In this document: positions 27,401 to 41,700 of the stretch, one piece after another
How positions within the stretch are numbered: position 1 is the stretch's first letter
Layout: every line of letters starts with the position of its first letter
Assembly (NCBI GenBank): GCA_001643675.2
Contig: LSRY02000050.1
Location: forward strand, 594,553 to 658,552
DNA from: Monocercomonoides exilis PA203
Taxonomy: Eukaryota; Protista; Preaxostyla
DNA: 64,000 nt
Direction of reading: 5' to 3'
Program-made: the position numbers and the translations under genes
The notes under the pieces: generated by a model
Told to the model about the DNA's origin: nothing
What the model saw: only the letters and a program-made list of their open reading frames with translations
The model's database searches: none

Positions 27401-30400
27401 TCCGCTTTCTATTTCTGAGGTTCTTTCTTCGAAGATATCGTTAAAGCCGATCATCAAAGAGATTGTTAAGCTTTCTTCGAAGATCACTGTCTCCAAATTG
27501 AAGTGGATCGATACAAATTCAAATGAAGAGATGAATTACTATTGGAAGAACATGTGCACCAAACAGGCAACGCCACAAGAAGAAAAAGAAAAAGAAGATG
27601 GAATAAACGAGAGCGAATCTTCGTGCAAAACTTCCAAAGTTGCAACTGTTGAATCATAGATATCAAATGGCGGAGTATTAAATGAATAAGAAAAATAGAC
27701 AAAAGCTAAAGAAAAGAAATTAACAACAGGAAAAAAAGAAAAAACAATATCTGAATCAAAAATGAATGGTGAAATCGAAAAGTACAGAAAATCGGAAAAT
27801 TTGAAAGAACCAAACGATGAAGATGTTGGAAACAAGGAGCAAATTACTTCTTTGCGGCAAGATCCATTTCTTCCACTTTATGAGCATTATCATTCACACA
27901 CTTTGAGCAGCATTCCTTCAGGCACTTTTGTAAACAATGTGATTCTTTCTTCACCAAATGAAGCACTTTTGCTCGAAACAAATAATTATACATTGCTCTG
28001 TGCTAATGCCACCACAACTGTTCTTCTCTCTGAATTGCTCCAAAGTTGCACAAAGAGCATTCAATTGCTTGATGGAAACGATTCTTCTTCAAACAATAAG
28101 AATGGAGAAGATAGAAAAGATACCGGCAAAGCATCACTTTCAACAATTGAATCTATTTCGAATCAACTTTTGCCTCTGAAATGTCCATTTGTTCCTCCGC
28201 CATCTGCAATTTGCCATTTTACAGTGGATGACTTTGCAGTAGTTGTTGAATGCCGACGGATTTAATGGCTTGCAGACACTCCAAACAGAGCAGAAGTGGA
28301 GTAGGAAAGCCAACTCAGAGCGAAACTATGGCTAAAAGAGATTGTGGAAGGAGAGTACATCGCAGCAAAGGCGATGGAGTTGACTGTTCCACTTCATCCT
28401 GGAGCGTATTGGTGCACGGAAACAGAAGCCGAATACTGGGAGTGAATCAAAGATGCGATGAAAGAGAAGTGTAAATCAATGGATAATTGCATTTCAATCA
28501 CAGAATTCTTTACTATCAATCCGGATCATTGCTTCTTTGAACGTCTGGCTGAACTTCAAGCACTGACAAAGTTTCTCGAAGGAATGTTTAAGCCAGTGAT
28601 GATTTTTGGAGAAATATCGAACGGAGAGAAGAGGATAAAAGGATGGGAGATGTTTGAAAGGCTGAAGGAGCTGAAAGAAAACAGAGAGACAATTCAGCGT
28701 GTTGTCAAAAGAAGACAAGATTGGCCAATGCGACGAGCAATGCAGAAAGAGGCAGAAAGAATAATGGAACAAGACAGAATGACGTGGGGTCATCAGCACC
28801 CTCTCAAAGAAGAGCACAAAATGTTGATCTACATACAGATACCAGCGAGCTTTGACCAAAAGCTCAAGGTTCTCAACTCTCTGGCCTTTGAACAGAAGCA
28901 AAAGTTGTATCGGTGGCCGAACCGAACGGCAGAGATATCAGAAGAAAGAGCACATGACAAAGCAATCATTCGGAAGTTCAAACGAGAAAAGCTGCGAGAG
29001 ATTAAGGATCGTCTCAGCAAAAAGACATTTTTGACACGATTGGAGAGGAAAGACGAGGAGAAAAAGGAGTTGGACAACTTGAAGCATCTTCTGAAGCAAC
29101 AAGCAGCACATCTCAAATACCAGAAACAAGAAGAAAAGAATTCTTTCCTGAAGACAATTGATAAGATTCTGAATGGAAGCCAAAGAGGTCGCAGCGAGAT
29201 GCTTGTGGCGCCGGCTCTTTCTTCTTTAAAAGAAGGATTAGTTCGAAGACGCAGAATATCAACTTCTCTGTCTTCATCATCCTCAGCATCCATGTCGCCA
29301 TCTCTGGTCCTTTCACCTTATTCCTCCTCTTCAAATTCAGAGTCGCCTTTCAGTCATTCATCTGCTCATCCGCTTTCTCTGTCGCCTCATCGTTCGCGAT
29401 GCCATCACCACCACATCCACGTTCACCATCCCAGAAACCACAGAAAGAGCACACAGAAAATACAAAATTCTGCTTTAAATGCGAAGAAAGCTACTCGCCC
29501 AGATAAGAAATCGAAACGGAAGCTAATTCCAAAAGCGAAGAGCCAAATTTCACCATCTTTGGAAAAGGAGAAGTTTTATAGTGATGAAAGATTAACCAAA
29601 TTGCATCAAATAAAGAAACTAGCTTGCTTGTGAAATCTTCCGTGTTCAATTTTTTGGATCGCAATTCATTATCACCTTCATCTTTGTACTCGTCGCATAC
29701 TTCTCCTTCTCGCTCTTTCTCAATAAGATGTGAGTCCACTTCGTCCATCTGTTCCACTCGTTCGTGTGTTGAGCTTCCGTGGAAAGAAGCTGCAGAGTAT
29801 TCAGAGTCAGACGAAGAACGGATACTCCAGGGACGACACGTCAGAAAGATGAAGAAGAGAATAACCAACAGACAGCAAAAAATAGCAGAGCGGGACAGAA
29901 AACAAGAGCTGAAAAGAAGACTGAGGCGGAAGCTCAGAAAGGAGCAGATGCTTCATCTTAAATGGATGCAGCATGTGAGCCAGCTCTGCGAGATTAACGA
30001 CAACATCAGAGCAAAGATGAAAATAAAAGAAGAGCGGCGGAAGCCTATATCCAGAGAAGCTAAAGCAGAGGAAAAGAAAGCGATTGATAGACTGAAGCGA
30101 TAAAAAGAAGAAATGCAAAAGAAACACACTTCAATCGAAAAACAGCGCTCGAAATTGATCGATCAAATTGTTGAGCTGAGAAAGAGAATCAACAAACTAT
30201 CTTTGTCAACTTCTCCAAAGAAAGAGCCAGATGAAAAGAAGATGATGAAAGTGGAACAAAAAGTATTCCAAAAGATCAGGAGTTATGAAGAAGGAATGGA
30301 TTGAGAAATGAATGAAGAGCAAACAAAAAGCGATTTGGACAAAAACGACAAAAGAAAGCTATCAAAAACTCAACCAGTGGACACTACAAATTTTATTCCT

Positions 30401-31510
30401 CTTGCAACAATTGCCAGCATTTTGGAAGCAGAGAAGAAGGAAGAAAAGGTTGCAGAAGCCGAAAACGATTCCAAAAATGATAAAACAAAAACAGATGAAA
30501 AGCCAATATATAAATTAGAAGAAAGTAAAGAAGACACTAAGCTTATTGAAAAAGAGCTAACAAAGCAAACTGAGGAGGAAAAGGGAAATGAGAAAAGCTC
30601 TATACTAAGCAAAATGGATTAATTGCCATCACAACAAACTCAGAAAGAGTCAGAAGAAGAGCAAAAATTATCGAAAGCGGATGAAGCTTCTGTCGAAGAA
30701 GCCACGAGCAAAACAAGCGCAGCTACCCAATCAGAAGACATTGAAATAATAGACACAAGTTTGAAGACTTCGAAGCATTCGTCGACGTCTCCATAAGACA
30801 ATGACGAAGACGATGATGATGACCTTCCATTTTCTCGTCTGAGAAATGGAACAGCCTCTTCGCGAACGAGGCTGTACACTTTGTCCTGCTTCACATCTTC
30901 AATTGTCGCTTCGATGAATCGCATCAAGGATCACGTTTCTCTATCGACACAGTCATCCTTCTTCTCTGCTCTCTCAATGCTGATTTCTGAGCTGCGTTGC
31001 GAATACCCTTTTCCACCGCGTTCACGCTCACCCAGAAAGCCCTCCTTCCATCTCCTCCATTGCCCCTTTTCTTGAATTATTTGAAGAAACGAAGACACAG
31101 AGAAGGCAGACCGCGACTCGGAAAAGGGTCAAAGCAGTGCGAAAGAGCAGCAGAAACACTGTTGCAGATGATGAGCGTGCAACTGCTCACTGAATCAAGA
31201 GGGAATCTGTCAAAAGGAGACAAAAGAAAGCTGAGTCAGCTGGAGAAGATTCTGAATGAAGGCGAATAGGGGAACAAGAGAGGCAACAGTCCGAGCGACA
31301 GGATTATGCAAATAGCGATGAAGATGGACGAGATGGGGAGAAGCAGAATTCATAACCATTGGAGAAGAAACGACAGTGATGACGACGATTCAGACAGAGA
31401 CTTTGATGGAGATTTGGATGAGATTGAAATGCTTGTGAAAATGAGGTAGTTGGAGTCGGATCGTTTACGAGATAATCAAAAAGAAGGTTCGTAAACAGAT
31501 ATCGAACCAA
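24413..31510 (+). pseudogene. About 7-kb pseudogene of a large charged or coiled-coil protein
   Basis: Chain of same-strand ORFs, many in the same frame and separated by point stops (25405, 25870, 26689, 27657-27700, 30101, 30302, 30620), plus several frameshifts. Confidence 0.7.
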
Positions 31511-31678
31511 AAAGAGAAAGACAGAAGATAATGATGAAAATTAATAATTGGTTGCTTTATTTGAACAATTGTTTATGAAACGATAAACTATTGAAATGGA
31601 AAAAATAAATAAACAAATAAGCAAGTCGATGCGTGTCATCAAAATCTGATGAACGCAAAATGTCTGCAGTGATACGTA

Positions 31679-34150
31679 TTAAGTGGAACTGGAACAGTTA
31701 TCTTCTTCATCTTCATTATCTTCTTCATCTTCATTATCTTCTTCATCTTCATTATCTTCTTCATCTTCATTATCTTCTTCATTATCTTTTTCTTTTTCTT
31801 CAACGTCATCGTCTTCGTCTTCTTCATCAGAAAGAATAACAGCTTCCTTCCTTCTTTCATCATCTTCAAAATCCCATTGGCAAACATTTTGAGAAAAAGT
31901 GCATCTTGGTTCATTATCAAAATTATCTGTTTCTTCGTCTGTTTCTTCTTCGTTTCTCGGGATTTCAAAACGCTTGCACTTTTCTTTTTTCCCTTCATAT
32001 CTTCCAAAAATAAGTGCAAGCGTTTGTTTCCCAGTGGGAAATGACAAGCAAGAATACTTCTTGCTTGTTGCTTGTTTCTTTGCTCTTTCGAAAGAAACAG
32101 CAACCCTCACTTCACTCCATCTTGTATTTTCTTCTTCGTTGTATGGAGCAGCGAAAATTCTTCCTTCTTCGCTGCTCCATAAAAGATTTAATTTTAAATC
32201 TTTAACCCTCAGCTTCGGTGAGACTCTCACCTGAAGCCGAGGGGTGTATGGGAGGAAGTGCCTATTGATTGAGGCACTTCCTATCTCATCTGTTGATGAG
32301 TCAAATCTTTTTTTGAAAAAAGAGATTAGCTCATCAACAGATGAGATGTCCTCTCGAGAGTTCCGCGTTTCTCTCGAGAGGACCCCAAATTCTCCATCCA
32401 CTTCGCTTTTTCCGTGACCTTCAGCAAAAAAGGAAAGCGAAGTGGATGAGAATTTTTTTAAAACAGAAGATGAAGGATAAAGAACAAAGTGGAGGAATGC
32501 TCCATTTCGAAAGTGTGGGCCACAATCAGCCCACACTTTCAAAGAGGTTATTTGTTTAAATTTATTTTTTGTTTTACTGAGGACTGTTTCAAGGCAGTCA
32601 ACTGCGTATCTGCTGTCTTTTGATAAAACAGTTGAAAAGAAGTTGAAACAATTTTTGACAATAATGTTTTTTTGAATCATGTAAACAATTATTCCCAGAT
32701 GAGAGACCTCTTTCTTTTCATAGAAATCTCGAGATATTTGAGTTTGTCTGATTGGAAGAGTCCAGTTTTGCTTGAAGTCAAGCAAAACCAGAATCTCACT
32801 TTCTTTTAGCTCATCAAGATTTTTGTTGAACTTTTCTCTTTCTTTCTTTTCAATAATTTCGTGCTTTTTCAAGATTCTTAATTCTTCTTTTTCATCATCT
32901 GTTAATTCGATTGTTTTCATTTTTATTTCCAAACAATTCTTTCGATAACACAGATTGCATATATCTGTTCTGTTTTTTGATTTCTTCACGTGTTTAGACA
33001 TTTTACAAAAATGAGAAAAACTTATATTTAAACCTGTTTCTTTTCTCATATTTTTCCAAAGTTCATATTTTGTGGAAAAGAAAATTCTTTCTTCATTCTT
33101 TAAAAAAATTCTTCCATCTATTTCATTCATCAAATTTGTGTTTCTATTGATACAATCTCGTTCGAATATAATACGGTTTTTTCTTTGTTCTTCTTCTGTT
33201 GTTAGTAAAGTTGTTTCCTTAGAGATAAATATGGTGGATGAGGCAACTGGTGCGGATGATGTTAACAGTGAGACAGATGAGGCAGAAGATGTGAATGAAG
33301 AAAATAAAGCAGATGAAGCAGACGAGGCAGATGAATCAAATGAGGCAGTGGAGCGAGCTGGTTGTGCTGCTAAGGCAGAAGGGGTGAATGAAGAAAATAA
33401 AGCAGATGAAGCAGACGAGGCAGATGAAGCAGACGAGGCAGTGGAGCGAGCTGGTTGTGCTGCTAAGGCAGAAGGGGTGAATGAAGAAAATAAAGCAGAT
33501 GAAGCAGACGAGGCAGATGAAGCAGACGAGGCAGTGGAGCGAGCTGGTTGTGCTGCTAAGGCAGAAGGGGTGAATGAAGAAAATAAAGCAGATGAAGCAG
33601 ACGAGGCAGATGAAGCAGACGAGGCAGTGGAGCGAGCTGGTTGTGCTGCTAAGGCAGAAGGGGTGAATGAAGAAAATAAAGCAGATGAAGCAGACGAGGC
33701 AGATGAAGCAGACGAGGCAGTGGAGCGAGCTGGTTGTGCTGCTAAGGCAGAAGGGGTGAATGAAGAAAATAAAGCAGATGAAGCAGACGAGGCAGATGAA
33801 GCAGACGAGGCAGTGGAGCGAGCTGGTTGTGCTGCTAAGGCAGAAGGGGTGAATGAAGAAAATAAAGCAGATGAAGCAGACGAGGCAGATGAAGCAGACG
33901 AGGCAGTGGAGCGAGCTGGTTGTGCTGCTAAGGCAGAAGAGGTGAATGAAGCTGATATTGAATTGATGTTGCATTTGTTCCTAATTGTTTTTTGAATTTG
34001 ATCATGATCGATATATGGATATTTAAAAGTGTTTGCATGTGAAGAAGATAAATTTGTTGAATTGGACAGTTGAAATAAAATGGGTGAAGAAATGTTCTCA
34101 ACTGTCAAGTGTGATGGATTTTTCAAAAAATCAATATCATCATCTGACAA
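31679..34150 (-). mobile_element. Sola-like DDD cut-and-paste transposase with an internal 31-aa repeat and acidic tail
   Basis: Motifs TDICNLC, LLDFKQNW, DFYEKKEVSHLG, KVWADCGPHFRN and FFAEGHGKSEVDGEFG match the DF-x-x-N / D-x-G-x-HF-x-N / HGK-x-x-x-DG layout I associate with Sola-type transposases. Further 5' coding fragments lie at 34267-34764. TIRs not identified. Confidence 0.7.
33289..33951. repeat. 93-bp tandem repeat, about 7 copies, inside the transposase ORF
   Basis: gtggagcgagctgg recurs at 33348, 33441, 33534, 33627, 33720, 33813 and 33906; copies are essentially identical. Confidence 0.95.
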
Positions 34151-37049
34151 ATCAATGAGTAACTTTTTGTTTTTTTTTTTTGAGTTTTACTACTTTCAGT
34201 TGTATTCCGCTTTAACCACCATTCACAAAATAGAAAATCATAATTCGATAAAGCTGAATATTTATATTATTTTATTGAAGTTAAAGATGTGAAGTGCAAA
34301 CGATTTCTAACTTTTGGTAATGCTTTTCTTTCACTGTTTTGAACAGAGTAACCGTGAAGTTTGAGCATCCGTTTTGCATGGTCAACATTATTTTTTGTGC
34401 AATTCCATTGAGAATTGCGCAAATCTTTTTCTGTAACAGCATTCAAAAACGACTCCAACAAAAGAATCTTGTTCTTTTTATCAAGAATGTCGTATAACAA
34501 ACCGGAATGAAACAGCAAATTGTTAAAATTTTATATCCATTGAAAACGATTTTCAAAATTATTTTTTAATGACTGAAAATACTAATAGATACAACCATTC
34601 AGTGCTTCATTCAAATACTGTAGAATTTTGTTTCCTTCCAAAGAATGTTCCAAAAAATATTGCATGAACAATTTTTCTTCATGTTTTGCATAAATTTGTA
34701 AAAATTTGAAAAGTTCTTCACATAGTTGAGATTTCCTGCTTGAAGATAATTGCGAAAAAAGCATTTTTTAAAAAAAAATTTCTTTATTAATGGGAACGGA
34801 ATGATCAACATTTTTTGATCATTTTTGATCTAATTTTCAGATCAGTTAAACGTTTGCGACTTTTCAAAAAGAATTACCCATATGAAACAGAAAAAAATAT
34901 CTAAATGAATCTTAGGAGCTTAACAGTTTTGTCTTCGAAATTTTATCATAATTGAATGCAAATAACAATAACAGGAAAGATTAGAAACGTTTTCATCAGC
35001 AAAGTGCAAAAGATAATATTCGTAAGAGATGAATCTGAATAAAAGCTAATATATCTGTTTATGAATGAAAAAAATTTGATGAAATCAAGTTATAAAGTGA
35101 AATATTAGAGGAATAAGTGATTGGACTATTTTCATCAAAACAAAACAGTTAGCCCAAACATCAATTTTTGCAAATCAATTTATTCAATGTGATTCTTTGA
35201 GTTTTCCAAAAAAGTCAAAAAAAATGCAATTCATTTTTGTTTCAAATCTGTCAATGAAAATAGCGTTTATTTATTTTTCAAGGAAATAATATGGGGAGAA
35301 ATACGAACTTTCAAGCCTTTTTGCACAAAGCACAAATAAATTGTTTCACTCATAACTTTATTTCACTTTCTCAGATTTCAAAATAAATTTGATTTTCATA
35401 TCTGTAAACATGCATCATTGAAATCAAAACAAGAAGTTTTCCAACATTTTACGAATGTCAAAAAATGGACATATTTCTATTGTGTTTTTTTGTCTCAAAA
35501 AGTCAAAGAAAAGTGCATAATTTTTCAACGAAGATGTTTGAATCAAAATATTTTGTCCCATATAAAGTGTCAAAGTCTGTAATTCCAAACGATAGAAAAA
35601 ATCTTCTTCTTTTTCAGATTTTGATTTTTGTCGACTTGGAAAATAAGTTCTCCTATATTGTTATAATTTCCAGACCCATTGAAATTTTGAAACAATGAAT
35701 TGAATCTTAAATTAAAACCTGATTCATTTGAAAGAGGTCAGTTGATTTTATTGTATCGCATCTACGAAGTTGAATTGAACGTTGCAATTTCAGCACAGAT
35801 TTTTACGAAAAATATTAAAAAAATTGCAAATGTCACTTCATTAAAAGTGTTATCGATTATTTTGCGATTGAAGCACATAAAATTTCCAAAGTTTTGTTTT
35901 TGATTCTGTCTTTTTTTTCCAAACACGAAAACATGAATATTTCTTTCCAAAAGTCTATGTGTGAAAATGAAAGATAGTCAACTTAGGAAATCCCAGACAG
36001 AGTTTTTTTTTTCGAAAAATCATTTGAAATATGCTTTGTTCTGCGAAATTCTGCATAATATATTTTGATCACATGTTTGAATTTTTTTTGATATGTTCCT
36101 TTTGTTTAATTTACAAATAAAATTAAAATTTCTTAATTATATTTTTATTTTCTGTTCTCACTAAGAAAACTTCATTAAAATGGAAACAGAACCAAAACAA
36201 TGTTATCATTTCCATTCAAGAAAAGTTTCGTGAGCGGGAACAGAAATTTGATTGAAATATGAAATATTTTCTTTATCTGAAAATAAAGCAAAAGGAAATT
36301 TTCAAACGAATTTAGATAATTTTTTTTGTTCAGTTCCCTATTCGAATCGCTTTCATATGTCACGTTTTTGTTTCGAGAATCATTTTGCAAAGCATGTGTA
36401 ATATTTCAGATTAGATTTTCTGTTGGATTTTTGTGTTAATATGCATAAGCAATTTTTTTTTGTAATATACGAATATTATTTGAATTAAATGGGTTTATTT
36501 GAATTGAAGAAGTGAATTCAAATTTCATCCAATAATTCTATTTGGTGAATTGTTGAGCTGTATTGATTATGTGAAATAAGGTTTGTTGGATAAGGTGATT
36601 TGCCAGAACTCATAGAGAAAAACTGAAATTTATTGTTTGTTTTTATTTATCAAGTTGTTTTATGATCAAACATGTCATTCAAAAAAGCTTTTGATATTTA
36701 TTTTCTCATAACAAATTCATTTACAAATGATTTTTGCGGAAGGAATCATTGAAAAGATTTCAAATACCATTAGAAATAATTAATTTGTTAAAAGTTATTC
36801 GGAAAAGACTGCATTTGTTCCAATTGTTTTTTTAATTTTAGTTTTTGAAGTTTAATTCGAATAAACATTGTTGATTTTATCTTGCTGTTTTCATTTGAAT
36901 AAAATCATTCTATTCCAACTCCATCTTACAATTATTCAATTATATCTTTTGGAAAAAAAAAAAAATCCATTTTCAATCGTATTCCATTTCTTGCATTCTT
37001 ATTAATTGAACGAAACGTGAAAATAATAAAAAAAGAAACAAAAAAATCA

Positions 37050-38510
37050 TCACATTTCCAATCAGCAAATCATTCTTCAAAACAACTCAAACAATTTCTG
37101 TGCATCCATCGTGCCCAATTTCTTCAAACACAAAACTCTCTCAAACCAAAACTGACCACTTGCCCTGCCATCAAAACAGAATAAGCATTCTTTCAATCTC
37201 TTTGGAACTTAGAAAAGAACCGCAACCCCGAAAAGCTGCAATTCAAATGACATTTCATAACAATGGTTGGCTTCCTGCGAAACGAGAGATCCAATCGAAC
37301 TTCCCCAAGCAGCTCCACAACATTCAACAGCCCTCTGGCCATCCATTCAGCAAACAGCTTGAATTCAACTTCATCAAAATTGTCAATTGAAAAAGAAGCT
37401 CCAAGCATTCCACAAGCTTTTAATAATTATGATATTCATTCCACCTTTCCTCCCTTTCCACTCCACTCATATTGATTGCTCTTCCAACTCTCTTGCGTCC
37501 AATTGTCAAACAAGATGTCTCAAATACAGATGTTCTTGAAGGCTTTTTATTGTTTCTGTAACCTTCTTTATTCCACTTCTTTTTCAATTATCCTGATTAA
37601 AATAAAGAAAATTTTTAAAATCAAAAATTCAAAAAAGATAAAAAGTTCATTCCACTTCTCCTTCTGTTTCTCTTAAGCACAGAAAAGACATTTCGATTTC
37701 CACTTGCCTTTCCTCATTCTCCTCTTTCTTCCAAGTAATTCTCAAATATCAAAATACTCAAAATAGCAGTTCTTCTGCTGATGGAATGTGCGAATTTGAA
37801 TCTGATGATGTACAACATTCGCATCGTTCAATCAACAAACAAAGGGTCTGTTCAGCCTTTCCTCTTTCTTTTTGAAGGCTTTTTCAAGCCAATCTTCTTC
37901 CCAAACTTTCCTCAAATCGAGCTCCAACAAGATAATTTCCTTCAACATCTCAGCAAAAAAATGCTCATGCAGTTTCATGACTATAAAAGGATCCTTTTCC
38001 AATAACCAACATTTTATTTCTTCAGCAACATCAGAAACACCACAAACAATTGACAAAAATCCATTCAAGCCCTTCTCTTCCATTCCACCTGCCACTTCCA
38101 ACAGTCTTCTGCTCCAGGCTTTGTCACCCTCAAAAATGGCCATATAAGCAAAAAAATAAACTTCAATAACGTCCTCTGAATAATGAAAATAATCCAAAAA
38201 AAAAATATCTCAAACGCAAACAACTCAAAACACACCTTCTGAAAGCTCCCGAGAAAGAAACAATACATTCCTCAAGCTCCACTGGGACAGACAAGCAGCC
38301 GTATCCCAAAACATTCCACACAATAATCCATCAAAAAAGATACCACAGAAATATGAATTTTTCATCAGTCCCCAAGTGAGCATCGCTTGTCTCAAAAAAT
38401 TCTCCCTCTTCCTATCAGCAATAAAACACACTCCGTTTGCACGTTTGCCCGAAATTAGCTTGCTCACACGCAGCATCAGTCCCCCAGCCGATAAAACATT
38501 TCTCACAAAT
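37050..38510 (-). pseudogene. Fragmented minus-strand gene of unknown family
   Basis: Protein-like ORF pieces 38225-38506, 37832-38197 and 37193-37408, broken by stops, frameshifts or introns. Confidence 0.4.
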
Positions 38511-38708
38511 CTTTTTTATGGTACACAATTATTCCGAGTTTTTCCGTTCTCCTCAGATCACTGTGTTGGTAAACCTTGATGCATTTACAGTCTGAAACTG
38601 TGTTCATATTGATCACATTATTTTCGAACCTTTATATGAACTTATAAAAACTAGTTGTATATATAAATTGATCATATTATTGTGTAAAAGAGTGATATAT
38701 CGGTTTTG

Positions 38709-41700
38709 ATGACAGGAATTATTTCAGCGATATTTGTTGCATTTTCTGTTTTGTTGCAAACAAGTTGTGAAGAGAATACGGAGACAACTGTGTTTGTTAA
38801 AAGCGGGGCAACTGAGGAGGATGGAAAGACATTTGAAAAACCTGTTGGAAGTTTTAAAAAAGCGTATGAGTTGCTTGCTAACACAAGTGAAAGTGGGCTC
38901 ACAATAAAAGTTATCAAATCAGATGATGAAACTGATGCTCTTAAAGCTGAAGTTATAACATTTGATAAAACGTCTGGAATCACGATTGAAGGAGTTGGAA
39001 GTACGGATGCAAATGAGAAAGTTGAGATTGATTGTGATGCAAAAACAGGAAGCGATTTATTCACGTGCAAGAATAAAGTTTCGTTCAAATATTTGATTTT
39101 TGATATCACAGAAGCACCAGAACAAGAAACAGGAGAATTAGAATCAAATCCAGAACCATTTGCTTTGATTCACGCTGTTGCAGGAACAGAAAATGAAGCA
39201 GGATCAGGATCAGGATCAGGATCAGGATCAGAATCATTAACAATTGAGACCTGCGAGTTTAAGCTACCTGGCTCTGGGGGTAATATTGGAATCCATCTTG
39301 TGAAAGTGAGTGCAGGAACATTGACAATGAAAGAAGTTGAGTGTACAGACGAAGGCAATGCGGTTTCATTCACAGAAACGCCATTTTTGATTGATGGATC
39401 AGTGACGGCTGTCTCATTGACATCGTTGACATTGAGCAAAATTACCTCGACCACAAGTGCTGTGGTGAAAATTGTTGGTAAAAAAGACACAGCTATTTCA
39501 GTTTCATTAGACAGCTGCACATTTACAGATTGCGTTTCAAGCGATACTACAAGTGGAGCACTTTATGTTGAGAGCGAAAATGCAGACAGCACATTTACGA
39601 TTGGAAACACAGATGAGACAACATTTACTAAATGTACATGTACAAATGGAAAATCAGGAGGAATCTATTTGAAAATTACGGGAATTGCAGCTGATAAATT
39701 AAGTTGGCCAACAACTGGATCTAATTTAGTATTTTCTGGATGCGCAGCAAACTCAAGTAGACCCACCGGATTGTATTTGGAAGTGAATGCCGAACTTCAT
39801 AAAACCATTGCGGATGCGATGAAAAGCAGTTTTGCGGCAGATTACACACTTAATGATAATCGATGGTTTGTAGCTGCAAAAGGAGAAAGTGATGGCAAAG
39901 ATGTTGACTTCACGTTAAAATATTTTGATCAACCGACAGAGGTATTTGTGAAGAGTGAAGAGACAGGAGAAGGAGTTTCTCAAGATGGGCCTATTGGAAG
40001 TTTACAAGGAGCGTATGAATTGCTTGCAGACACAAATGAAGATGGGCTTTTTATTAAAGTCATCAAAGCCGATGATGGAACCACAGCTCTTAAAGCTGAA
40101 GCAATAACATTTGGCAAAGCATCAGGAATAACGATTATGGGAGTGAGTCTAAGTGAAAATGATGAAGAAAATGATGAAGAAAATGGAGAAGCCAAAGTGA
40201 TTGAGACAGAAGTGGAGATTGATTGCGATGCTAAAACAGGAAGCAACTTATTCACGTGCAAGAAGAAAGTTGAGTTCAGGAGTCTGGCATTCAACTTCCC
40301 ATTGTCACTGGAAAAAGAACAAATTCAGAATGATGACCCAACAGCAACAGGACCATTTGCATTGATAACTGCAGATGGTGCAGATGCAGAATTGAGCATT
40401 GTGAACTGCAGATTTGTTCGGCCAACAGCAGTTGCTCCTCCAGCTGTGATGCGTTCAAATGAAGGTGAAGAAACAGTTGGAATCCATCTTGTGAAAGTGA
40501 GTGCAGGCTCATTGACGATGACAGAAGTCAAATACGAGGGAGGCGAAACAGAAATTTCATTCGCAGCAACACCGTTTTTGGTTGAGGGAACTGCTTCAAA
40601 AGTTTCATTGACATCATTAAATTTAAAGAAGATTACATCAAGTTCAAGTGCCGTAATGAAAATCACAAGTACAAACAAAATTGAGGTTTCGTTGGACAGT
40701 TGCACATTTACAGATTGCGTTTCAAGCGATGCAACAAGTGGAGCGCTTTATGTTGAGAGCGAAAATGCTGAAAGTTCATTCACTATTGGAGATAATGGTG
40801 AAACAAAGTTTGAAAATTGCACTTGCGAAAATGGAAAATCGGGAGGAATTTCCTTGAATTTGAAAAACATTACAGCTGATAAATTAAGTTGGCCATCAAC
40901 AAAAGAGAAGTTGATGTTTTCTGAATGTACAGCGGGAGAAGCAGAAGAAACTTCGAATTCAATCAAGAATACTGGGTTGTATCTGGATGTTCCAGTTGGA
41001 CTTCATGAGGAGATCGCAGCAGCGATGAAGAAAAGTTTTGCTGCAGATTACAAAATAGAATCAAACAAATGGTTTATTGCTGCGAAAAAAGATAGTAACA
41101 GTGATGTTGACTTTGTGACGAAGTTTATTGATTTATACGACATTGCGTATGCAAAAAAAGGAGGAAATGGTTTGGGGACGGAATATGGAAAGCCAGCTGG
41201 CTCGATAAGCGAAGCATACAATTTGTTGAAAGAGGGAACAAATTCAGGAGGATTTCAAATAAAAGTTATCAAAGATGACAATGGATTGGAGGTCAAAGCT
41301 ATTACGTTGGAGAAAGAATCGCCTATTATGATCGAGGGAGTTGGAAGTTCAGCGGATGCAAATGAAAAAGTTAAGATTGGTTGCTATGCGAAATCAAATA
41401 ATGATCTTTTCACATGCAAGAAAGAAGTTTCATTTAGATACTTGATATTTGACTTCCCAACAACATTAAGTGAAGGAACAGAAGAATTGAAAGCAAACAC
41501 AAATCCATCAGCGCTTATACACGCGGCTGCAGAGTCAACATCACTTTCAATTGACAACTGTGAGTTTGCTCGACCGACAGAGGGAGAAATTGGAATTCAT
41601 CTTGTGAAAGTGAGTGCAGGTTCATTGACAATGAATCAGGTTGAATGCACTTCGGATGACGAAGTGAAATTTTCAGTGATACCATTTTTGGTTGAAGGAG

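Noticed and set aside
24413-31510. Stop-codon reassignment (TAA/TAG = Gln, as in some oxymonads) to explain in-frame stops
   Set aside because: Interruptions include TGA and frameshifts as well as TAR. The long intact ORFs contain no internal TAR, and the surface protein and DIRS ORFs end at TAA/TAG.
33289-33951. CRISPR-like array
   Set aside because: Units are fully identical tandem copies with no unique spacers, lie within an ORF, and have no cas genes nearby
33072-33995. Independent 307-aa acidic protein on the plus strand
   Set aside because: Antisense shadow of the 93-bp repeat in the transposase; a stop-free unit repeated in tandem gives an open frame trivially
12930-35565. About 16-bp inverted match ttatatgggacaaaat (near 12930) / attttgtcccatataa (near 35550) as TIRs of a large element
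   Set aside because: The match does not extend, no TSD is evident, and the context is AT-rich
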